In this document: positions 13,069-26,533 of the stretch, in pieces
Layout: each line of letters opens with the position of its first letter
How positions within the stretch are numbered: the stretch's first letter is position 1
Assembly: GCF_006345805.1 (NCBI RefSeq)
Contig: NC_043002.1
Location: 88,102,001-88,166,000 of the forward strand
Length of the DNA stretch: 64,000 nt
Direction of reading: 5' to 3'
Source of the DNA: Octopus sinensis
Lineage: Eukaryota
Notes under the pieces: generated by a model
What the model was told of the DNA's origin: nothing
Database searches by the model: none
What the model saw: the letters and a program-made list of their open reading frames with translations, nothing else
Program-made: the position numbers and the translations under genes

Positions 13069-13470
13069 CTTTACTCTTTTACTTGTTTCAGTCATTTGAC
13101 TGCGGCAATGCTGGAGCACCGCCTTTAGTCGAGCAAATCGACCCCGGGACTTATTCTTTGTAAGCCCGGTACTTATTCCATCGGTCTCTTCTGCCGAACC
13201 GCTAAGTTACGGGGACGTAAACACACCAGCATCGGTTGTCAAGCAATGCTAGGGGGACAAACACAGACACACAAACACACACACATATATATATACATAC
13301 ATATATACGACAGGCTTCTTTCAGTTTCCGTCAACCAAATCCACTCACAAGGCATTGGTCGGCCCGGGGCTATAGCAGAAGACACTTGCCCAAGATGCCA
13401 CGCAGTGGGACTGAACCCGGAACCATGTGGTTGGTTAGCAAGCTACTTACCACACAGCCACTCCTGCGCC
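13069..13470 (-). mobile_element. tRNA-derived CORE-like SINE (family 2) with internal microsatellite
   Basis: Head ggcgcaggagtggctgtgtggtaag...ccgggttcagtccc and ttgggcaagtgtctt on the minus strand; matches copies at 19471, 47590 and 57175. Confidence 0.9.
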
Positions 13471-13865
13471 TATATACAAATTTTGTGGAGAAATAATGGA
13501 ATACCAACTTCGATTTCGAGGTTTAGTTGACATGTGTTTCGTATGTAACTACTGCAGTTTCAAATAACCCTTAGGCCGATGTTACCGTTCATTTTTACAT
13601 CGTCAATAAAACTATATGATATTGGATCATGAATAATCCAAAGAAATCAATGCATACCTTTCAAGTATATACGCACGCGCGCGTGTTGTGTGTGTGTGTG
13701 CGCGCGCGAGTATTGATCTAAAGTGCAAGGACACAAATAATATACGTAGGAAGAGCATCATAGATTGTAGGACATAATCTCATTGGTAACTGCATTAGTG
13801 GCAATGTATAGCTTTATTCAGGAATCAAAAAGTTATAGGATGCGCCCATACACACGTAGCCCCGC

Positions 13866-13867
<2 letters not shown>

Positions 13868-13902
<35 letters not shown>

Positions 13903-13984
13903 CACACATGCGAACATATTTATATATACATAGACAGATATACATACCTACCTACCTACCTACCTACCTACCTACATACATACA

Positions 13985-14056
<72 letters not shown>
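13868..14056. repeat. Compound (TA)n/(TACC)n/(TACA)n microsatellite
   Basis: Direct reading. Confidence 0.95.
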
Positions 14057-14059
<3 letters not shown>

Positions 14060-15125
14060 AGAGTTCACGAAAAAAACAAAAGACGAAGACAGGTGGTGTA
14101 CAAAACAAACAGATGTATTAGTATAATGCTCAGGAATAGAAAAAATCTTTTATGTTTCGAGCCTACGCTCTTCTACAGAAAGGGACACAGAAAAAACAAG
14201 GAGAGAAAAAAAATAGTGTAGTGGCTAACGATCTATCATCAGATTTCAAATAGAATGAAAGGGAGTTTGTAAAATAGAACAACCGGGCATGGAGGCGCAA
14301 TCTATATCACATTGGGGTTAAATGGAGAAAGAGAGCTGGAATGACTGAAAAAGAAAGAATAAGTAGAAAAATGGAGAAGAATGAAGAAGGAACGAAAAAG
14401 AAGGGAGCGAAGTAGTGAGAAAGGAAAAAATAGAGGCTATTAGGGAACATATAGAACCGGTTTTGTGTGTGCATTAAAAAAGTAGTACATTCCGCAATAT
14501 ATTTGTGTGGTGTGTTATGGCTGTGGATGAATGTATGAAGGGAAGGTAGGTTGACGATATTAGTAGGTTTAAGGTGAATTGGTGTGCATGCCTGTGTGTC
14601 AGTATGTGCTGGTGCATGTGAGGTTGGTAGTTTTGTCAATTTACCAGTACCGTTTGCGCTATGTTTAATGTATATGAATGTAAAAATGCAGATGGTAAAC
14701 GTGGTGTGTGAGACGTGTGTGTAAACATGTGGTGTAGTATGATGGGATAAATATAGGAAGATGTAAGGCAGTATGGTACGGTTCAATTATGATATTGTGA
14801 CAACACTATTCATACTCAGGAGAGTGGGGAGAAAACTAGGCAGAAGATCAGGTCTTGTTCTTTTTGGTAGCGAAAATCAGGGAATGCATATTAAGAAATA
14901 ACACCACAGACTGAGAAATGGAAATGGTGTATACTAGTAAGGTGAGGAGCACCATACTTGGTGATGTGGAGTTGTTTAGATAGATGCCACGTAACTGCTC
15001 AGTGATACGATCCGCTAGCCTACGGCAAGATTCTCCAACTTATAGAGGCAATAAAAACGTTTTTAATGGTGCAGGTGAAGTGGTTGGTAACTTGTAAGTG
15101 TTAGTGATTGGGCCTAAGAAGCTTA
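14057..15125 (-). mobile_element. Penelope-like element 3' remnant (GIY-YIG fragment ~14800-15110 plus terminal repeat 14057-14240)
   Basis: Minus strand gives VGESCRRLADRITEQLRGI and KEQDLIFCL, typical of the PLE GIY-YIG C-terminus; terminal sequence recurs at ~47995-48160. Confidence 0.75.
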
Positions 15126-15358
15126 GCACATCCATCCACACACACACACACACGCACACACGCACGCAAACACAGACACACGCGAAAAAAACTTCTTCCC
15201 AAACAAGGTTAGTAATATCCTGATGAAAGATTTCATAACATTTTTTTAAATAGTTTTTTTTTTTTTTTGGAGAAAATCACCTTTACACTTCAAAACTGTA
15301 TTAAGTAATTCTCATAGACTTTTAAATATATATGTAGTAAGATATATTAGCACTATTT

Positions 15359-16910
15359 TGTTGTGGTGGCATAGCACGACCGTGCTATGCCCAAAACATC
15401 CAATCACCGCTGGGTCATGTATGTGTATCTTTCCGCGACCAGCAGTTATTGAATATTTTGGATCATAAACGTCCTACCTTCGCCAAAAGAGACGAGACAT
15501 CTTGATTTCGCTTCCCAGTCTACCGGCGGCATTCATCATATCTCGGGAACTCAGAATATTGCTGCTGATGCTTTGTCCCATTTGCCAATCAATTCCTTGG
15601 CAACCACTCCTGTGATTGATTTAACTATTTTAGCCTCAGATCAGCCTCTCTTGGACTCCTTGGACACCACATCTGCTGAATTTTCGACGTGTAAATTCAA
15701 GTACCGACTGCTGACAAGAACATTTTGTGTGACATGTCGACAGAGTCACCTCGTCCTTTCGTTCCGGAGAAACACCGTAGAATTGTTTTCAATGCCTTGC
15801 ATAGTCTTGCTTATCCTGGCGTCGCGGCCTCAGTAAAACTCATTATGGCTAGATTCTTCTAGCCAAATATGAGACGTGAAATTACAGAGCGGTCTCGTTC
15901 TTATCTTCAGTGCCAGAAGTCTAAGGTACACAAGCACATTCGTGCACCTCTCGGCACTTTTAACTTTCGTTTTTCTCACATACGTATCGATCTTGTGGGA
16001 CCCTGGCCTGTCAGTCAGAGAATTACATACATCTTGACTTACACTGATCGCTTCAGCCGATAACCTGAAGCGATTCCATTAACTGACATTACTGCTGAAT
16101 CCGTAGTGCGAGTCCTGGATATCGCGCTACAGCGTTCCTACCACCATTACCTCAGAACGTGACAGACAATTCGAATCCTACCTTTTTTCTGAGCTAATAA
16201 AAGTCATCGATACTCAACAGATTGGGACTACCAGCTACCATCCTGCGTCGAGCGGCATGGTGGAGCGCTTCCACCAACAACTGAAAGTTGCTTTGCGAGC
16301 CTGTCTTGACACTCAGCGTTGGATCGAGTATCTTCCACTTGTCCTCCTCGGTATTCGAACATCGGTTAAGGAAGGTTTCCCTCCTACTGATCTGCTTTAT
16401 GGTGCTCCTTTGTCTTTGCCAGAATAAATGCTTGTCCCTGCCAATCTTGCCATTCAAGATCCGGCACTTTATGTTAAATGCCTGCGTGCGTATTTTCAAG
16501 AACTGCCACCAATGAGTACTCGACATCAAATAGTAAAATCTTCGGTCCCGTGGGATATTGCTTCATGGTTCACGTTTTTGTATGTGAGGACGCAGTGAGA
16601 AGTCATCTCGCCCTCCTTACTCAGGACCTTATCGCGTGTTGGCACACACTGATAAACATTTCACCATAGAATTGAATGGTTCCCGAGAAACAGTCTCGAT
16701 CGATAGATTTAAGCGGGCCTATACAGGCCCTCACACACCAGAGCCTTATATGAAGGGTGACCTTCATACACTACTCAACAAGAATCAAATACTGCACCAT
16801 CGCACTCATCACAAGCTCAGCTATACGCACCTTCCCCACCTCCACCAACATACGTCACGACAACCCGCAGTGGTCGTCGGGTCCATTGGTCTAAGAAACT
16901 GTTTAATATG
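15359..16910 (+). mobile_element. Ty3/Gypsy LTR retrotransposon remnant (RNase H end plus integrase), internally deleted
   Basis: RHLDFASQ..IHHISGTQNIAADALS; CQKSKVHKH; RIDLVGP; YHPASSGMVERFHQQLK; terminal TRSGRRVHW; many stops. Confidence 0.9.
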
Positions 16911-17051
16911 AACTGGCCATTTGAGCCTGTTTTCGTATTGTATTTTTCATGCTTAATGTATTTATGCGGTTTTCCGTTTTATGTATATGCATGTTTAACT
17001 TACATTTGCATTCATCTAATTTGGCATGTCAATTTTCCAAAGTCGTCTGGA

Positions 17052-17162
17052 TTCCGTGTTTGAAGCCAATGGCGATTTTATTGAATGAATTTACTCTTTA
17101 GTACTTCAAAATATTTTTATGTAATTTTGGTAAATATATTTGTTAAAATGAGATGTCAGTGT

Positions 17163-17170
<8 letters not shown>
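17052..17170 (+). mobile_element. 3' fragment of the maT-like element
   Basis: Closely similar to ~6020-6135. Confidence 0.7.
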
Positions 17171-17179
<9 letters not shown>

Positions 17180-17195
<16 letters not shown>

Positions 17196-17736
17196 AATTA
17201 GAGATGTATGTGTATTAGCTTTTCACGCGAAAACGGCTTCACCAATTGCTTCCATACTTGTGATGCCTGAATAATTTGACCTTCGACACATGTTAGGCTC
17301 TTCATTTGATTTTTTTTATTAAAAATTAAAAATAATGCTTTTTATGTTACATTCACGTCTTTGAAAGTTTTAAAAATATTTACTTCCGGTTTTCGAGCAT
17401 CAATGACGTAACAACTACATCTATCTATCTCTTTATATCAATATATATCTCTATCCATCTCTGTATTTCTATCTCTCTATCTCTCTATCTATCTGTCTAT
17501 ATCTTATCTATCTATATCTATCTGTATCTATCTTATTTGTCTGTCTAACTAGCTAGCTCTCTTGCTCTCTCCCTCTATACATATCTTTTTCACTCTCTGC
17601 TGGCAACTGTGTTGGAGAGTTATTAATGTAGAAAGTTGGTATCTCAGCCACTAGCAGTTGAGACCTGCGTAATCTAGACAGCATTTTAAAATTCCATTAG
17701 TTTCTTTAAGCAGGGCAACGCCGGGTATTTCTGTTA

Positions 17737-17737
<1 letters not shown>
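17180..17737 (+). mobile_element. Probable non-autonomous Helitron-like element
   Basis: cacgcgaaaacggcttcaccaatt core, internal (TCTA)n, 3' GC-rich gggcaacgccggg followed by ..TTAG|T. Confidence 0.5.
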
Positions 17738-17782
<45 letters not shown>

Positions 17783-17783
<1 letters not shown>

Positions 17784-18628
17784 TGGGTCATCCCATAAAT
17801 AATGCGCTTTTTTCTACTTTTATTTTTCAAAATTAAGATAAACAAAGTTCTTTTTTAATCTGAAATATACTCTCCTTTTCCATCTATCTGTCAGACTTGC
17901 AAGACCTCTCTTCCAAAATTCACTTGTCTGTGATGAAATATACTCCTCCAGTTCTGTTCTGACTTCATCTACAGAATTAACATTTCTTCCATCCAAATGG
18001 TTTTGAAGACTGCGGAATAAATGATAATCAGATGGAGCAGTGTTCAGCGAATATGGTGGGTGGGGGCATCATTTCCCATTCAAACTGTTCCAGTCGCTGT
18101 ATGTGGCCAAGAACACCATTCATCTTGAAACCAAAGATGGTCATTTTCTGAAGGCACACTGGTATCGATGAATGGTTGACTGACCAAATCGAAGCTTCTC
18201 TGCTTCTTCCTCAACATTTATAATGAGATTTTGTTCCACCAGGGTTTCCAAAACATCCTTGTTGAGCTCTACAGATATTCTAGGATGAGGTTCATCTTTT
18301 AGGCTGTAGTTTCCAGCTTGGAATTTCTGGAATCACCATTGACACTGGCTTACGCTTATTGTCTGATCCTCATATACTGCATCATTGCCTTTATTGAACT
18401 CATAAAGCAAAATATGCCAAATATGCTCTTTTGTCACTTCCATTATAGCTTTGATAAAAAAAACTGTTAAAATCGAACTGCACTCTTTGAAACTTGCACT
18501 ATGAATAAGCACAAGGTAAAATTGGTACCTGCTTTTATAGCAATTTGATGCATGTAGTTTATCCCGTCCCCTACTGACTTTTAGTTCATGCAATTGAAAA
18601 AAAATGCATTATTTATGGGATGACCCGA
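17783..18628 (-). mobile_element. Mariner element, internally deleted (846 bp), both TIRs present
   Basis: TA|ttgggtcatcccataaataatgc...gcattatttatgggatgacccga|TA; transposase ends MEVTKEHI...EGEYI; same family as 59477-60761. Confidence 0.9.
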
Positions 18629-19370
18629 TATATGTGTGTGTGTATGTATGTATGTATGTATGCATACATGTGTGTGTATGTGTATGTGTGTGTATGTGTA
18701 TGTGTGTGTATCCTATGTGCATGTGTATGTCCTTGTTTATGTTTACTAGTGTAACTCTGATATGTCAAGTTGCATATCTTCATTTTTAATCTTTAATCTT
18801 TTAGTTCTTTCAGTCATTGGATTGTGGTCATGCTAGAGCACTGCCTTGAAGGGTTTAGTCAAACGTATGACCCTCACTACTTATTTGTAAGACTGGTAAT
18901 TATTCTATTAGCCTCTTTTCATGAACTGAATTACAAGGTTGTCAAGCAGCTTAGTAGGTAGGGTGGGACAAACACAAAGACACATGTATATATATACATA
19001 CACATAGTGGCTGCCCCCTCATTATCGAGTATGGCCATTGCACGAAGGTTAATCAATGTTGTTATTGTGCAATGCCTGTGCAAGAAGATTTTTTTTTAAG
19101 TGAGGAAAGGCTGTGCACTGAGTCAATCTCACTCACTAAGCAACAGCAGTCATAATCCGAAAAGAAGAACAAGTCAACATCATCAGTAACCACTGAGCCG
19201 CAGGTTTTATGTCGGAGTTATCCCAGTTACCTGAGTTACCTGCTCCTAGAAGGATGCCCTAACAAAGGCTGGGAGTCCTTCACTCCCAATGGTTTAACCG
19301 TGCGATCGGGTATTCAGTCCGATCATTTCTATGTCCCTGTGCATGATACATCCATAAGACATTTAAGACA

Positions 19371-19446
19371 TACTAGGGTTATAATTATGTGTGACAATTT
19401 CATATGACACCACTAGAAAAAACTGCCGTTCAAACCGAAAAGATCC
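19371..19446 (-). mobile_element. Terminal fragment of the TTAGGG-bearing TIR element
   Basis: Contains one TIR and subterminal sequence matching ~40075-40151. Confidence 0.8.
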
Positions 19447-19470
19447 GAATGAAATGCTAGAATTGATATA

Positions 19471-19881
19471 CTCTTTACTCTCTCTTTTACTCTTTTACTT
19501 GTTTCAGTCATTTGATTGCGGCCATGCTGGAGCACCGCCTTTAATCGAGCAACTCGACTTATTCTTTTGTAAGCCCAGTACTTATTCTATCGGTCTCTTT
19601 TGCCGAACCGCTAAGTAACGGGGACATAAACACACCAGCATCAGTTGTCAAGCAATGCTAGGGGGACAAACACAGACACACAAACACACACATGCAAATA
19701 TATATATATACATATATACGACGGGCTTCTTTCAGTTTCCGTCTACCAAATCCACTCACAAGGCTTTGGTCGGCCCGAGGCTATAGTAGAAGACACTTGC
19801 CCTAGGTGCCACACAGTGGGACTGAACCCGGAACCATGTGGTTGGTAAACAAGCTACTTACCACACAGCCACTCCTGCGCC
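19471..19881 (-). mobile_element. SINE family 2, full length
   Basis: Matches 13069-13470. Confidence 0.9.
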
Positions 19882-20186
19882 ACTCACTTTAAAATAGATA
19901 AGTACCCCTTGAAGGCTGTGCTTCCAATATGTCCACAGTCCCCATTTGTTCCCATTAATTGAATCCTTGTAAAAGAATAGGAAATTATCCATGAGAATTT
20001 GGAGTTTAATCACGGCTGTGTTATGTTGACATAAACAGTTAGGTGCATGTAACTCACGACAACCACAATCAACAAACAGTGAGATCCGATGTCATGATGA
20101 ATAGTTAATGGCTATTCGTTACTTTGCTTCACACCATTGTTTAATTCATTTCAATGGTTGCCAGAAGAAGTTTCCTCTGTTGTTTT

Positions 20187-20521
20187 ATTTAGTTGTTTTA
20201 TTACTTTCTCTCTCTCTCTCTCTCTCTCTCTTTTTCTCTCTCTTCTCTCTCTCTCTCTCTCTCTCGCTCTCTCTTTTTCTCTCTCTTCCCTCTCTTCCTC
20301 TTTTCCGAATGACACACCATATGCCATCTTCATGAAATATATTAGAGGTGGAGAACACCTAGGCATTGATTTTTATTTCTGTATGCTGAATATTCAATGC
20401 ACATCTATATATATGTGTGTGTGTTTTTATGCGTGTGTCTGTGAGTGTATATATATATGTGTGTGTGCACACACACTCACATATACCCATGGGAAGCAGA
20501 TGCTAAATGAAGATGAAGAGG

Positions 20522-20562
<41 letters not shown>

Positions 20563-20708
20563 CATACATGCATGTATATATATGTGTGTGTGTGTGTGTA
20601 TGTGTATATATATGTGTGTGTATATATACATACATACATACATATATACATACATACATACATATATATATACATACATAGACACATATATATATGTGTG
20701 TGTGCATG

Positions 20709-20752
<44 letters not shown>

Positions 20753-20753
20753 T

Positions 20754-20795
<42 letters not shown>
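20187..20795. repeat. (CT)n, (TA)n, (TACA)n and (CA)n microsatellite blocks
   Basis: Direct reading. Confidence 0.95.
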
Positions 20796-20800
<5 letters not shown>

Positions 20801-20929
20801 TGATAGGAGAAAATAAAATACTCAAGTCAATAAATAATTACAGCAACGTCATTCATGAAAAATCAATTCTTACATTCATTTCTTGTTATGCAAAAGTTAC
20901 TGCTAGGTGGGTAGGGTAATTTTGAGGTA

Positions 20930-22010
20930 TCAGTAGGTAATATTTGAAGTATTGGTGGGATAATATTTGAGTTACTGTGGGTAATGTTTGAGATATTGTG
21001 GATAATATGTGAGGTGTTGGATGTTATATTTTAGGTATTTCAGATATTTGCGATGTTGCAGATAATATATGCAGTGTTGATGGGTAATATTTGAGGGTAA
21101 TACTTACTTCTTGTGATCACATCATCAACCAGACTATCTATTTCTTTACTACCCACAAGGGGCTAAACACAGAGGAGACAAACAAGGACAGACAAAGGTA
21201 TTAAGTCGAATATATCGACCCCAGTGCATAGCTGGTACATAATTTATCGACCCCAAAAGGATGAAAGGCAAAGTCGACCGTGGCGGAATTTGAACTCAGA
21301 ACGTAGCGGCAGACGAAATACAGTTACCCATTTCGCCCGGCGTGCTAACGTTTCTGCCAGCTCATCAGATGGTGTTATACATCGCTGGTCACAATACGCT
21401 TTGGCACTGTCTTAGCCTTCAAATGATCCACTCCATTGGCTAGGCAAGCAGGCCAACATTCCCCACTGATCAAAAGGGGGACTGGAGCAATATGAAATGA
21501 AGTGTTTTGCTCAAAAACAATGTGCCACCCAGTAAGGGAATTGAACCAATGATCTAGCAATCATAATTACAACAGCCTAACCACTAGGCGTTGTACCTTC
21601 ACAATATATTAATACTTAGTTTATAACTAATAATAATAACTAATACATAGTTGTCAGTGGGAAATGTTTGAGATATTGACTGGTGATATTTGAGCTATTG
21701 TGGATTATAGTTGAGGTACTTTAGGTTATATTTTAAGTATTGTGGGTAATATTTTAGGTTTTGTAGGTGATATTTAAGGTATTGTGGGTAGTATTTGAGG
21801 TATTGGTGGGTAAGATTTAGGGTTTATGGCTACTATTTAAGGTATTATGGTTAATACTTGAACTGCCAAATGGGTACTATTTGAGGTATTGTGGGTAACA
21901 TTTGCTTTATTATGGGTAATATTTAAAGTACTTGTACATAATTTTTTTAGGTATTAGTGGGTAATATTTTATGTACCAGCAGTGTAATATTTAAGGCATC
22001 GGTGACAGAA
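20930..22010. repeat. Degenerate ~21-22-bp minisatellite (gggtaatatttgaggtattgt), interrupted by SINEs at ~21140-21590
   Basis: Unit recurs at 20930-21110 and 21655-22010. Confidence 0.75.
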
Positions 22011-23231
22011 ACTTGGGATATTAAATGCAGTACTACTGGTTCTTCTCTTAATGGTTTGGTCAAGGAGGAGCTGTATTCATGGTCTTTCCAGACCTCCTAG
22101 AGCTGGTAAGTTCAACACATTTAATTTCTCTATTGAACAAGCTGGTGGTCATAAGAAAAACAAGGTCAGAGAAGGACATCCAGTGGGATCAACATTCTGC
22201 ATAAAAGGATTGAAGCTAATGCATAATGAAGGGTCTGAGATGGAATCAAATGGGCACAGTATAAGTGACAAGAGGAAGAGAGACAAGTGAATCAAGAATC
22301 TTTTCTACTCTATGCACATTTTTGGGAAGTGGTGGGGGGAAGTCGATTACATCAACTCCAGTACACAACTGGTACTTAATTTATCAACCCCAAAACGGAT
22401 GAAAGGCATAGTCAACCTAGCCCTGTAGTAGCAGTAAAAATGACTGAGAAAGAAAACATTATGTTTGTGAAGCAGATGTTGGAGTGTGTTGGGTACTGAC
22501 TTCATGGAATTAAGTAAGTGGCCCCTTTTTAACTAGTCAAATATATCTGAATGTATAGCTGCAGTCATACCTTCCCAAGTGTGAGAGCAGTACCTCATTG
22601 TATCACTTAAGCTTTCTAAAAGGTTGGTAACTGTTGTGAGATGAAATATTTGCTAATCCCAGAAGGGAGATCAATCTTTATGATGTAGTCTTTGCTCTGT
22701 TGACAATGTAAATTCACCCAAATTGAAATTTAGTTTGAGCCAATCTTTTCCGACATCCTGCCTGCAATTGAATATGTTTCCTGCTTCTGACAAGTAGCCA
22801 AAGATGTAATGGTTCTTTAACTGTATGGAATGTTTTCTACTATATACAAATCTTGTCCCATGTATTGCGTGGTTAGTAAACATGAAAGCTTAACACTTTC
22901 ACTACCAAAACCATCTGCTCAACATCAACCATTTAATGAGGGTAAAATCAATAAATTTTAACGCATTTTTAAAGATTGGTGTATACATGTTTATAGTTTC
23001 TGCTTTGTATAATTAATTTCAGGCGAGTTTCATGATATATTATTTACAGAGTCTGGTATTTATAAAGACAACTGAAATGATGTTGCGTAACACTCATGGT
23101 TCTTTAAATAAAGTGAAATAGTTACAGGTAGCAATATAAACTAAGTTAATAATTCACTTGCACATACTGTAGTATAACTGTAAAGCACAAACTTTACGCA
23201 GGTTGATAATATCTTTTGTACTCACTTAGAT

Positions 23232-23265
23232 ATGTTAAAGGAGAAACAGGTGGAATTGAAAGGAG
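23232..23265 (+). CDS. Candidate first coding exon of the RGS22-like gene (MLKEKQVELKG)
   Basis: ATG after acceptor ctcacttag|, strong donor gag|gtaagt, phase 1 as the 43250 exon requires; implies a ~20 kb intron; other candidates not excluded. Confidence 0.3.
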
Positions 23266-23548
23266 GTAAGTGACACAGTATATAAGTTATCGTGTTACGC
23301 AGCATCATTAAGCTGAAGCATGAGTTCTAACTTCTTGAAGTTGGTGAAGTTGTCCAACTTCAGCAACTTCAAAAAGATCTTTGACAGTATGCACAGGGAA
23401 TTCATACAGAAAAGGACACGTTTCTGGGGCAGAACAAAGATAGGAACACTAAGAAGTTTGATATCCTCACAAGTGTGCATCTGGTATGTGTGCTGTCCCT
23501 TTATTTTGTTCCTGCTGGTGGTGAATTACTAAGCTAAACTAAAGACAA

Positions 23549-24135
23549 TGTGACACATTTTAGGGAAGAGAAATGGCTCCTGTTAGGCATTCATTCCCTT
23601 TTCAGGGGAAGTAAGTGTGGGATGACGTCAGCAGCTGGGGAGCTGACCGGAACTTGGGGCTGACCGGAAGGGGCAGCAGGGACGTGCGTGCAGGTAGGGT
23701 GGCATTCGGCCTTTGGATCGCGGTTGCCGAGCGAGGAAGTCAGGTCAGCACGTTGTTAAGGTTGGGAGAAGCAGCTGCTATTTCTAGCGTTCGGGTCGGG
23801 CTGTGTTGAAGGATGCATTACCTATTTCTTTACTACCCACAAGGGGCTAAACACAGAGAGGACAAAGACAGACAAACGGATTAAGTTGATTACATCGACC
23901 CCAGTGCGTAACTGGTACTTAATTTATCGACCCCGAAAGGATGAAAGGCAGAATTGACCTTGGCAGAATTTGAACTCATAACTTAACAGCAGACGAAATA
24001 CCGCTAAGCATTTTACCTGGAGTGCTAACGATTCTGCCAAATCGCCTTAATGAAGGATCCATTACCGCTGAAGGGTCTCCATCTGAGCGAAGAGAAGGTA
24101 GGTGCCTTTATTTCGAATCTCTTGCATACATCACA
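23549..24135. mobile_element. Possible solo LTR (TGTGA...TCACA termini) carrying a SINE insertion
   Basis: Inverted 5-bp termini; GC-rich interior; SINE at 23821-24050 flanked by TSD tgaaggat(g/c)catta; no TSD found for the LTR itself. Confidence 0.4.
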
Positions 24136-25867
24136 GTAAAGACTTCAGTGATGGCATTTAACTTCAAGGAATAATTGAAAATTCTTTACAAGTTTTGACT
24201 CACAGGAAGTTTGGCAATGAAACTGAAATTCAGTGATACAATGGTACAGTGGAACTATGAACTTATGGTACAGCAGTAGTATGGCACAGTGGGCCTATGC
24301 ACTCTTGGACTATGGTGCTATGGCACTGATACTGTATTGTTCCAGTTCACAAGCTTTGGGATGATTGTTAAAAACACTGATCCAGTAAATAGCCTTGTTC
24401 ACTAAAAAATTATCGGTCTTATAGTTTTGAGTTAAAATCTGACAAATACCTACCGTATTGGGTACTGTGTGCTGCGGAGGAAAGATGAGTGACCAGAAGG
24501 GAGAGGGAGTGACATCACGAAAGGGGATGACATGATGTCACATCAGGAAGTGACAAGTTGAAGATGCCTTTTTCTTATAGGGCCTGCAGAGAGGTCAAGT
24601 CATGTGCTGGGAGGAGTCGCAGTGTAGCAGTCCTTGCTGGCAAGAAGTGATTGGGAGAGCTTGCACATGGTTATAACGGTGAGGTCTGGCTGGTTTACCT
24701 GTGATCTGATGCTTGGAGGTATTGTCATCAATTGCAACTCAAGATAATGCAATTATGAACCTAACAACTTGTGAAATCTGGATTCATATATTGTGGACAT
24801 TTTTAGAGTGAAGCAACAGAAGAAGGGAGACTGTGAAGCCTCTTCTGCCCTTTTTTAAAAACCTCAAATAACAAAGGAGCAAGGTTTGTTTGTAAATAAA
24901 AGTTGATCGTAATGTTTCAGGCTTCAAACTCATGACAATCTCCATGAAACCAGTTGCCATCATTTGGGGCAGATTGTCAGTACGTCGCTGTCACTGCCAT
25001 CACAGCAACATCTGCTTTAGGTTGACTAGAAAGGAGTTTTGATTTTAGCTTACATCAGAAATAGTTAGGAAGGTTAGGAAGAACATCCTGCTGTATAAAA
25101 AGGAAATTTTTTGGCATAAACTATTCTATGATAGAAAAGAAAACCAACAGAATCAAGGACAAATTCTAAGGAAATACAAACATTATTTCTCCCAGTTGAT
25201 GACAATGATAATAGTGACTCTGATGATCATGATGATGATAAGAACAATGATGACAGTGATGACGATGATGATGATGAGGATGATGATAGTAGTGGTGGGT
25301 GGTGTGTTGTAGTAGTTGCAGTGGTGGTTGAAGCTTATGATACCATGTTGACTACCCCAAACTGCTGCTACCATTATTTGAACCTTGTAGTTAGATATGT
25401 TCTTTCACATTATCATTTCAAATCTGTCCAGAGGCAAGCTTTAGCTCGCATCCTTCAATAGTGGGGATGCAAGAAAACAAGTAGAGGTCATATTCTAGGT
25501 TGTCTTATTAAACTTCTTGCAAAAACATCTGGCCTTGTACTGATGTTGAACATCTATATTCTGACAAAAAAAAGAAATATCTTTAGCATATGAGGCTTAA
25601 ATTTGTTCAATCATTTAACATCTATAGGGTGGACAGAAGTCTTATTGACGTTTCATATAATTTCTGTCTTTTCACAAGGCATTTGCCAGCTTGAGGCTGT
25701 AATAAAACTTGCCACAGAGTAGGACTGAACCTGGCTGCAAAGCAAACTCCTTAACTACTCATCTATGCCATCTAACTGCAGTTAAGTAAATATATATTGA
25801 TGCATTAACAAACATTATTATTAAAGATTTCAATAGTTGTGAATTTTTTTTTTAAATTCAATAATGC

Positions 25868-25900
<33 letters not shown>

Positions 25901-25901
<1 letters not shown>

Positions 25902-26451
25902 GATGCAGTACCAAGCAGTGGCTCTCGATGGCTTCTGATCTTAACTGATTGGAAGTGTTATCAGGTACATTGTTTTGTCTTGGTATAAAAGATGGGCTAC
26001 AGAAAATATTCTACTCAATACCACAAATTTGCTTGTCAGCTGTTTGACCATAACCAGTTGAGCATATCCCTTAGTGGCTGATGATATGTGCATCTCTGAT
26101 CATGAGCAGAAGTAGTGGGGGAGCATCATAGCCATGTGTTGAGAGGAATTCTTTGGGGTTTGAATAATTCACCTCTAGAAACATGGGTGTTTCGTTCAAC
26201 ATCCTTAAACGGCCTTTATTCAGGGCCCTTTTGAGTGGGATGAGCTACTCGACCAGAAGAAAATTCTGACTGGGCCCCACCTGCAAGGTCATGTGCTGTT
26301 TATCTTGATATTAGATCCCTATGTCGCGCACATATGGTTGTGATGCATGTGCCTAGTGTACCCTTATCAGACGGGTAGTCATGATGGGTATACTGGGCTT
26401 CGTATATTTTACCCCAGTGTCACTTTGATGGCATGCACTGCTCTCTCACTC

Positions 26452-26492
<41 letters not shown>

Positions 26493-26533
26493 TAATAATA
26501 ATAATAATATAATAATAATAATAATAATAATAA
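25901..26533 (+). mobile_element. Retroposon 3' segment ending in an (AAT)n tail, inserted in an (AAT)n tract
   Basis: ~550-bp segment bounded by AAT arrays at 25861-25900 and 26452-26533; family assignment is inference. Confidence 0.5.
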
